Part shown: positions 57,609-64,000 of the stretch, one piece after another
Position numbering within the stretch: position 1 is the stretch's first letter
How the letters are laid out: every line of letters starts with the position of its first letter
DNA from: an uncultured bacterium
Lineage (GTDB): Bacteria; Bdellovibrionota; JACOXK01; 2-02-FULL-40-11
DNA length: 64,000 nt
NCBI GenBank assembly: GCA_964371555.1
Contig: CAYJMQ010000002.1
Location: 5,521-69,520 of the forward strand
Reading direction: 5' to 3'
The notes under the pieces: generated by a model
What the model was told of the DNA's origin: nothing
Databases searched by the model: none
What the model saw: the letters and a program-made list of their open reading frames with translations, nothing else
Made by a program: the position numbers and the translations under genes

Positions 57609-57914
57609 ATGCCTTCCGAACTTGTTTTTCATGAGAAGATCATATTGAAACATCGAGATCCAGAAAGACAAGGCATCTTTGAATTTGTTGTTTGGGAGGT
57701 AGAGAAATCGAAGGGTTACCCTGAAGGTTTGAAATATCGTGCTTGGCTTTCAGAAAGAGACGAGACCATCTTTGGTTTTGATAACCACAAACCCAAAGGC
57801 CCTCATCTACACATTGGGGAACAAGAGGTCGGATATGTATTCCGAGGACTTAAAGCTTTGAAAGAAGACATAATCGCTATGATTAAAAAGGAGGGATTTA
57901 TTTATGAAGACTAA
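57609..57914 (+). CDS. small conserved protein, putative toxin component of a two-gene cassette (resembles TumE/DUF6516-type proteins; assignment tentative)
   Basis: 101 aa; overlaps the downstream wHTH gene by 11 nt; preceded by a palindromic operator. Confidence 0.4.
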   Translation: MPSELVFHEKIILKHRDPERQGIFEFVVWEVEKSKGYPEGLKYRAWLSERDETIFGFDNHKPKGPHLHIGEQEVGYVFRGLKALKEDIIAMIKKEGFIYED

Positions 57915-58263
57915 AAGAGCATTTTTAATGGTGGAACCCACAAAGAAAGCATTTGATCGTGCATTTCGAGTTCTTTCACGCCCATCTAAGAAATACGCGG
58001 GAACAACGATTTTGAGCTTTCCCGATTATGAAACATTGGGGAAGGCTATTTCAGCAACACGAATAGAACTCCTAAATGTCATTCGTACTCAACGCCCAAG
58101 ATCGATTCAGCATTTAGCAAAACTTGTGAAAAGAGATTTCAAGAATGTTTATACAGATGTCAAATTTTTACAAGAATTTGGGCTTATTGATTTAGAAGAG
58201 CGCGGCGCCAGGCGTTCTTCTGTTCCTAAAACAAAATTTGAAGAATTTGTGCTGGCTGCATAA
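57904..58263 (+). CDS. winged-helix DNA-binding protein (HVO_A0114-like putative antitoxin/regulator)
   Basis: 119 aa; LSFPDYETLGKAISATRIELLNVIRTQRPRSIQHLAKLVKRDFKNVYTDVKFLQEFGLI HTH pattern. Confidence 0.45.
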   Translation: MKTKRAFLMVEPTKKAFDRAFRVLSRPSKKYAGTTILSFPDYETLGKAISATRIELLNVIRTQRPRSIQHLAKLVKRDFKNVYTDVKFLQEFGLIDLEERGARRSSVPKTKFEEFVLAA

Positions 58264-58439
58264 TCATTCTTGACAATATCTCCCCAGAGTCCTGTTCCAC
58301 CAGCTGCTCAAGAAGATAATTTCGAAATAACCGACATTCCTCCAGGGTCCCACATACGGGATCAGCTAAAGCATTGCCAGTGGAAAACAATCCAACAGAT
58401 GTGCTGAACGTTTAGGCAGTCTTCTCACTCACTCTATTT

Positions 58440-59825
58440 CTAAACACGATGGCGGATTTCAATAATGCATTTCTTTTCGGATAATTGATCGATGAGGTGG
58501 GAGAGTTCCTGTTGATTCGAATGATCGAGGTTGGAGTCCCATTCGTCCAATAACAAAATGTCTGTATTGACCTTTTCGCTCAGTTCCTTAAGCCGTGCTC
58601 TCAAGAGCTCCCCCGTGGATAAACCCTGAGCGCTTTCAAATTCGAGATGATGCTGGGCCGGTAAATAATAAGCTTTTTCTCCCCACTGATCTTTGAGCAG
58701 CATAAGGAGGGTCGATTTCCCGGAGCCGTTTTCTCCGCGGAGGGTGATTCTACCAGCCTTTGGAAGAGTGCGATGCATGTCATCGATGGATTTCAGTTCA
58801 GTAACCTTATCTTGAACGTGGAGTCTTAATTTGTTCCACTGAATGCGGGAAGCGAGATCAAAGATGGGTGTTGAGAAGATTGAGTTATGAAGACCTCGAA
58901 GTCGATTTTTGTGGGTGGTCCATTGTGAGAGAAGCCAGAGAATTTCGTGAGTAAACCCTAAGATCATAAACAGTCGCGGTAAAGTGACTACAAATGTTGA
59001 AAGCATCACCTTGTTATCCATATTTTGTACGAGTGAAGTGATAAGAATCACGATGGTCGGAAGCAGTGTCAACAGAGCAATGGCAATGGAGACACTTTGT
59101 CGAAATGTTTCTGAACGAATATTGTCTTTTTCGGCCCTGGAAAAATTTCTGAAGGTTTTATTCCACCAGAGCTTGAGGTTATAGATATTGCCAATGAGGA
59201 CATTGTCCCAGGCAGAGAGAAGGGATTGCCCAAGTTTGACTCGTGATTCCTGGGCCCGTGTCGCCAGCGCCCCCTGTTTTTTGCTTTGAAGCTTAAGAAG
59301 CAAAGCGACAAGAATGAGGCTTAGTCCATATCCTAGAACATACTTCGGTTCAACAACAAAAGAGAGCACCGTAATATTGAAGAGGACATTTAAGGCGCAT
59401 GAAGAGAGATCATAAAGATACCCTATAGAATCTGATAGTGTACTTTGCCCTTCAGAGGTGAGATAAGCAATTTTCTCTTCTCTCTCTTGCCGCTGACTCC
59501 ATGCTGATATCTGTTTTTGATTGAACTTGGTAAATTTTTCGATGAGATGGCCAAGACTTCTCTGTTTCCATTTTGCGGCAAAGATAAGAGCGATTCCCCC
59601 TGGTACATAGGGGAGAGTGAGCGATAGAAGATAAAGGCCAAGATTATTCCAAATCGGGTAATTCGCATGAATATCTTGTACGAGCCTTGCCAACCACACG
59701 GTGGAAGAAGCCACAATGATTTGTTGAATCAGAAGGCACAGAAAACAATAGAGCCCTTCTCGGCCCATTAAAATTTTATATATTCGAAACTGCATGGACC
59801 TTCTCATTTTTAAAATTTTGATCAA
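58440..59825 (-). CDS. ABC transporter, fused permease/ATP-binding protein (exporter type)
   Basis: Six TM N-terminal domain; Walker A GENGSGKST, signature LSTGE, Walker B ILLLDEWD. Confidence 0.75.
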   Translation of the reverse strand: MIKILKMRRSMQFRIYKILMGREGLYCFLCLLIQQIIVASSTVWLARLVQDIHANYPIWNNLGLYLLSLTLPYVPGGIALIFAAKWKQRSLGHLIEKFTKFNQKQISAWSQRQEREEKIAYLTSEGQSTLSDSIGYLYDLSSCALNVLFNITVLSFVVEPKYVLGYGLSLILVALLLKLQSKKQGALATRAQESRVKLGQSLLSAWDNVLIGNIYNLKLWWNKTFRNFSRAEKDNIRSETFRQSVSIAIALLTLLPTIVILITSLVQNMDNKVMLSTFVVTLPRLFMILGFTHEILWLLSQWTTHKNRLRGLHNSIFSTPIFDLASRIQWNKLRLHVQDKVTELKSIDDMHRTLPKAGRITLRGENGSGKSTLLMLLKDQWGEKAYYLPAQHHLEFESAQGLSTGELLRARLKELSEKVNTDILLLDEWDSNLDHSNQQELSHLIDQLSEKKCIIEIRHRV

Positions 59826-60013
59826 TTTCTTCTATTTTCTCGCTGCATGATTCTATGAGCATGAGGGCGCGAGGTGTTAAAAGTTTCTCAAAGCGAGACA
59901 TATCGCAAATGGAATTCACGGAGTTCCGGGTTTTTTCTATAACAGACTCCGATGGAGGATGAAGTTTGGGATTTTGGGGATGACCTAAAAATCGATCTCG
60001 CAGGAGTAAAATT

Positions 60014-60130
60014 TCAGTGGCGACAACGAGACTGTGGAGAACCTTTGGCCGTTTCGATCGCTTGTTGAATGTCGTTGTCTTGAACATTTTCAGAAATTTG
60101 CGCGATCAGTGAGTTGCAGTTGTTCTTCAT
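60014..60130 (-). CDS. small ORF (38 aa, MKNNCNSLIAQISENVQDNDIQQAIETAKGSPQSVCRH) with a strong Shine-Dalgarno, between a GT2 gene and the ABC exporter
   Basis: AGAAAGGAAcaatcATG; below the 60-aa cutoff of the ORF track; speculative. Confidence 0.2.
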   Translation of the reverse strand: MKNNCNSLIAQISENVQDNDIQQAIETAKGSPQSRCRH

Positions 60131-60201
60131 GATTGTTCCTTTCTAACCTGGCAATGTTGGTCCAGGGACTATTCTTTTATGGGGGGAAATTGAGGGCACT
60201 T

Positions 60202-61185
60202 CTATCTTTTTTGGAGGGGGCTGTCAAGTCGCGATTTTACACTTAATGATTTAGACAAAGCGAATATTTCGCGATCGCTGACGAGGGATAATTCATTTCT
60301 CATTCGAATGCGTCTTATCATTGCCTCCGGAAAGCGCATGAGGGCGTCCTTAAATCCCAAGATGAAATCCCATTCCCCGAAAGCGATATATTTTAGAAGG
60401 TGTAATGGCATGAAAAATATATGTTGAATCAGGAGCCATGGATCCCGAATGTTTTTCCATACAAAAAGGTATAAATTTCTCCGATTCATTCTTCTTAGAC
60501 CTGAGATTCCAAATTCCTTTTTAAAACTCATCTGTCCATAGTGATATACAATGCTTTCAGGGCAATAAAATGCCCGCCATCCTTTACGATAAGCCCTGAA
60601 ACAAAGATCTGTGTCTTCCACGGTGCCCGGCAGATAGAGTGTGTCGAAACCGCCAAGGCTGACAAACATATCCCTTCTAAATGCCCCGTAACCGGCCTGC
60701 ATCGTCAACTTTTTCGCGGCAATCTTTTTTTCATGTCCGATGAACCGGCTTGTCCCCCAGATAAGGCCATTTTTCATTTCCATTTTTGAAAGGGAGCCAT
60801 GATAGGCGCCGTCATCCATGTTTCTTGATTGAGAGGCGGCCAGAAAACAGTTTTTGTCTTCCATGAGAACATCCATAAGAGGATCGATAAATTTCGGATC
60901 GACTTTGATGTCGTTATTGAGGAGAATCGCGAAGGGCTCATTGATTTTTTTTAAGTAATCATTAAATGAACAATAGACGAGATTTTGAGGGCACTTCACA
61001 AAGTCGACCAGAGAGGCGTAATTTTCTTCTATAAATTTCTGGCTGTTATCACGGCTCTGATTATCTAAAATCGTAATTGATGAGAAGTATCTGCTGTGAT
61101 GAGCCGCATCAATGATTGACGGCAGACACTCTTTGAGGAGCGTTTCGCCATTATAATTCAGAATGATAATTCGGCAGACCGGCAT
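60202..61185 (-). CDS. GT2 family glycosyltransferase
   Basis: RIIILNYNGETLL...ILDNQSRDNS...LNNDIKV and VEDTDLCFRA (DxD-like) motifs. Confidence 0.75.
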   Translation of the reverse strand: MPVCRIIILNYNGETLLKECLPSIIDAAHHSRYFSSITILDNQSRDNSQKFIEENYASLVDFVKCPQNLVYCSFNDYLKKINEPFAILLNNDIKVDPKFIDPLMDVLMEDKNCFLAASQSRNMDDGAYHGSLSKMEMKNGLIWGTSRFIGHEKKIAAKKLTMQAGYGAFRRDMFVSLGGFDTLYLPGTVEDTDLCFRAYRKGWRAFYCPESIVYHYGQMSFKKEFGISGLRRMNRRNLYLFVWKNIRDPWLLIQHIFFMPLHLLKYIAFGEWDFILGFKDALMRFPEAMIRRIRMRNELSLVSDREIFALSKSLSVKSRLDSPLQKR

Positions 61186-61314
61186 GAATCCTTATATCCT
61201 CAAGATCTTTTGACCGTCAATGGAGTTCCATTAAAAGCATGAGTGTAAGGCCTTACACATTGTTGATAAAAATTGTTTGACGAGGGATGAGTTCCGTGGC
61301 ATGGGCTTTGCGAT

Positions 61315-62367
61315 ATGCCGCACAAAAATAAAGACCGGGCGGAACGAATTGAGATCCTGGGGGCCGTTCATAATTTCAGCAATTTTATTGGCGCCATCCT
61401 TTCCCGGACAGAGCTTCTGCTGAGTAAAATTCAGGATTCTGATCTTGTTCGTGACATTGAAGTGATTCGATCGGCTGCCAAAGAGGCAGTGACTATTGCC
61501 AATCGCTTACAGTCTCCGAAGTCGGTTCGATCCGTTAAAAAGGATTGGGTCAATCTCAATGAATTGATTACGACGGTCATTGAGATGGTGAAACCAAAAT
61601 GCCTTGATTCATCCGGCAGGCCAAAAATTCTTATTCGTTTTGAAACCACCTCCATTCCAAAAATTTATGGCTGGTCTTCGCTCTTGCTTGAGGCGCTCTT
61701 GAATCTCCTTCTCAACGCGATTGAAGCGGTTCCTCAGGAGATGGGGGGAGAAATTGTGATTCAATCCTTTGTAGATGGCAATTGGCTTAAAATTCGCATT
61801 TCGGATTCCGGTATCGGAATGTCGGAGAAGACCCTTCGGCATCTTTTTAAACCTTTTTTTACCACTAAAAAAGAAAGTGGGCATGGGCTGGGACTGGCCA
61901 GTTCACAAAATTTTGTAAAGAAACATGGGGGTTCTATTGAGATAGAAAGCGCCGCCGAAATGGGGACAAGAGCGCTCATCTGCCTCCCCCTCCCCCGTAC
62001 TTTCCAACGGAAAAAAAGATCGGTGAAAGGAAGAAAAATCATGCTCATTGATGATGAAAAAGACTATCGGGAAGCGACGGCCGAATTACTTTCGCTGCAG
62101 GGGTATAAAGTGGAACAGGCGGCGAATGGCTTTGAGGCGCTTAAAAAATTAAAACGAAATAATTTTGACATCATTTTGTCAGATCTTAAGATGCCGAAGC
62201 CTTCTGGAAATGATCTTTTAAAAAAGATCAAAGCGAGAAATAAGAATACAAAAGTCATATTTGTTTCTGGCTATTCAAATAAAAATGCGATTAAGGCGGA
62301 TGGTTGGCTTGTAAAGCCATGTCTGTTTGAGGATATTTCCGAGGCCATTCGAAAAACATGTCATTAA
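61315..62367 (+). CDS. hybrid sensor histidine kinase/response regulator (HisKA-HATPase_c-REC), no sensor domain
   Basis: H-box LGAVHNFSNFIG, N-box LLNLLLNAIEA, G-boxes DSGIGM and GHGLGLA; REC domain IMLIDDE...ILSDLKMP. Confidence 0.7.
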   Translation: MPHKNKDRAERIEILGAVHNFSNFIGAILSRTELLLSKIQDSDLVRDIEVIRSAAKEAVTIANRLQSPKSVRSVKKDWVNLNELITTVIEMVKPKCLDSSGRPKILIRFETTSIPKIYGWSSLLLEALLNLLLNAIEAVPQEMGGEIVIQSFVDGNWLKIRISDSGIGMSEKTLRHLFKPFFTTKKESGHGLGLASSQNFVKKHGGSIEIESAAEMGTRALICLPLPRTFQRKKRSVKGRKIMLIDDEKDYREATAELLSLQGYKVEQAANGFEALKKLKRNNFDIILSDLKMPKPSGNDLLKKIKARNKNTKVIFVSGYSNKNAIKADGWLVKPCLFEDISEAIRKTCH

Positions 62368-63005
62368 GAGTGATTCGTCCGGAAAATGATGAAAGGTTGG
62401 GTTGGCTTGCCGCGACCTTTGAATCGGTTTCTGATCTTGTTTTTATTTCGGATCTTGAAGACCGGTTTATTTATGCCAATCCGGCCGCCTTAAGGAAACT
62501 TGGCTATACTCGCGAGGAGATCATTGGAAAAACAGCAAGTCTTATTATGTCTCCAAATAATCCAAAGGGACTTCGTGAAGAGATTATCAAAGCCACACTT
62601 CAAAATCCGAGCGGATGGGAGGGAGAGGTTTTAAACGTCAGAAAAGATGGAACCGAGTATTGCGCGCATCTGAAAACCGCGCTGGTGCGCAATAAACGGC
62701 AGGAACCGATAGGGATGACCGGAATTTCCCGTGACATTACTGAACTGGTTGCCAAAGAGAAGATGGCCGCAATTGGAATGCTTTCTTCAGCGCTTGCCCA
62801 TGAAATAGGAAATCCCCTGGCTTCTATTTCTTCTCTTGTTCAGCTTCTTGAAAGAAGAATTGAGGACGAAAAGACACTCAAGAATCTAAAACTGATGCGA
62901 ATTCATATTCAAAGAATCAGTCAACTCATTCACAGCGTAGAAGAGTCAAGCCTTTTGGGTGTCATGGAGGGGCAGGAGAAATATGAAAAACGAAAAAAGA
63001 GCTAG
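62358..63005 (+). CDS. PAS domain-HisKA (DHp) protein lacking a catalytic ATPase domain
   Basis: PAS (FISDLEDRFIYANPAALRKLGYTREEIIGK), H-box ALAHEIGNPLASI; ORF ends about 70 aa after the H-box with no N/G boxes. Confidence 0.6.
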   Translation: MSLRVIRPENDERLGWLAATFESVSDLVFISDLEDRFIYANPAALRKLGYTREEIIGKTASLIMSPNNPKGLREEIIKATLQNPSGWEGEVLNVRKDGTEYCAHLKTALVRNKRQEPIGMTGISRDITELVAKEKMAAIGMLSSALAHEIGNPLASISSLVQLLERRIEDEKTLKNLKLMRIHIQRISQLIHSVEESSLLGVMEGQEKYEKRKKS

Positions 63006-64000
63006 TATACTCATCGTAGATGATGAGCGGACACTTTGCGAAACCTTATCTGAAGTATTAAAAGAAGAGGGATATGAAACAGATCTTGCGTTTGATGGCG
63101 ATGAAGCCATTTCAAAAATAGAAACAAATAAATTTGATCTGATTTTTTGTGATCTTCGGATGCCGCGCGTAGATGGTCTCAAGGTTCTCAAAAAAGTGGA
63201 GGGAATTACTCCCGAAACTTATTTCATTGTGATGACAGCGTATAATTCGATGGAAACGACAATCGAAGCGTTGAAATTGGGCGCATATGACTATGTCGTT
63301 AAGCCGCTTATTTTTGATGATGTTCTTTTAAAACTGAAACGGCTGCTTGCCTTTAAAAATCTGAGCGTTGAAGATCAGGTGACAAAGGGGATGATTACCG
63401 AACAATTTGCTCTGGATAATCTTTTGGGTCAGGGGCGTGAAATGAAGGCGATCTATTCGTTGATACAAAAAGTTGCTCCGACATCAGAGACGATTTTGAT
63501 CACCGGGGAAATTGGGGTTGGGAAAGGAAGGCTTGCGAAGGCGATTCATTACGCATCCCATCAGAAAGAAAACCCTTTTTGGGACATTCGTTGCAGCAGC
63601 GTTCGGGAAAAACAGATTGAGGCATCGCTTTTTGGTGAGGAAGGGATCTTTAAAAAAAACAAGAGGGGCACTCTCTATTTGTCTGAGATTTCGGAATTGA
63701 CGCCCCGTCTTCAGACAAAATTGTTGGAAGTCCTTTCAGGAAAAGAGGAGAGTGGAACAAGACTCATTGTTTCTGCCACAAAAGATTTATCTGAAGATCT
63801 CCTCTATCGGGTTAATGTGATTGAGATTAAGGTGCCGCCCCTTCGGGCAAGACGGGGGGATATTCCTTTTCTTATTAAATATTTTGTTCAGATGTTTGCT
63901 GGGGGGCTTGGAAAAAAGGCCCGGTTTGTTGAAGAGGGTATGGTTGAAGCGCTGATGAATTATCCATGGCGGGGGAATGTGCGGGAACTTCAGAATGTTT
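62983..64000 (+). CDS. NtrC-family response regulator (REC + AAA+ sigma-54-interaction-like domain, degenerate), 3'-truncated by window edge
   Basis: REC ILIVDDE...DLIFCDLRMP; AAA+ region GEIGVGKG (Walker A), TLYLSEI (Walker B with D to S), no GAFTGA motif; ORF runs off the window. Confidence 0.65.
   Translation, partial: MKNEKRASILIVDDERTLCETLSEVLKEEGYETDLAFDGDEAISKIETNKFDLIFCDLRMPRVDGLKVLKKVEGITPETYFIVMTAYNSMETTIEALKLGAYDYVVKPLIFDDVLLKLKRLLAFKNLSVEDQVTKGMITEQFALDNLLGQGREMKAIYSLIQKVAPTSETILITGEIGVGKGRLAKAIHYASHQKENPFWDIRCSSVREKQIEASLFGEEGIFKKNKRGTLYLSEISELTPRLQTKLLEVLSGKEESGTRLIVSATKDLSEDLLYRVNVIEIKVPPLRARRGDIPFLIKYFVQMFAGGLGKKARFVEEGMVEALMNYPWRGNVRELQNV

Noticed and set aside
59776-60087. 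103-aa ORF 59776..60087 as a real gene
   Set aside because: It overlaps the ABC transporter start, has no RBS at any candidate start and no recognisable domain; likely a spurious frame.
1-64000. CRISPR arrays, tRNA/rRNA genes, IS elements or integrases
   Set aside because: No regularly spaced direct repeats, no cloverleaf-like conserved tRNA motifs, and no transposase or integrase-like ORFs were seen by eye; absence cannot be proven without tools.

Overview
This 64 kb bacterial window has moderate GC and no rRNA, tRNA or CRISPR array that I could see. It splits into two parts.

Part A, about 1-44.3 kb, is a large accessory surface-glycan (EPS/capsule/glycoconjugate) biosynthesis island. It opens with a 5'-truncated ATP sulfurylase (sat) and a NeuA-like CMP-sugar synthetase. 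It then carries at least seven GT2/GT4 glycosyltransferases, including three polyprenyl-phosphate (Dpm1/GtrB-like) GT2s, and four or five large polytopic GT-C-like membrane proteins. There are four NAD-dependent epimerase/dehydratases, an RmlD-like reductase, a WxcM-like cupin, an RfbF-like cytidylyltransferase, a CDP-alcohol phosphatidyltransferase, two paralogous FemAB/CelD-like GNAT acyltransferases and a SAM methyltransferase. Unusually, it also holds three B12-binding (class B) radical SAM enzymes, one of which is split by a frameshift in a poly-G tract. Embedded in the island are a CotH kinase - VTC domain - DUF4956 triad, an HMGL-like aldolase fused to a Maf/DUF115 domain, a GT-DUF218 fusion, a nucleotidyltransferase-GT2 fusion, and a HEPN/MNT toxin-antitoxin pair with a perfect palindromic operator.

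Part B, about 44.8-64 kb, is core-like. It contains aroB and aroC, a pilM-pilN-pilO-pilP-pilQ type IV pilus operon whose pilQ lacks the secretin domain, gatCAB, an AsmA-family protein and mtnA. After these come a small putative toxin/wHTH two-gene cassette, a fused ABC exporter next to a GT2, and a three-gene signalling module. That module is a hybrid histidine kinase, a PAS-HisKA protein with no ATPase domain, and an NtrC-family regulator with a degenerate AAA+ domain, cut by the window end. Several glycan genes carry long homopolymer tracts (C9, G8, G7) that could mediate slipped-strand variation.
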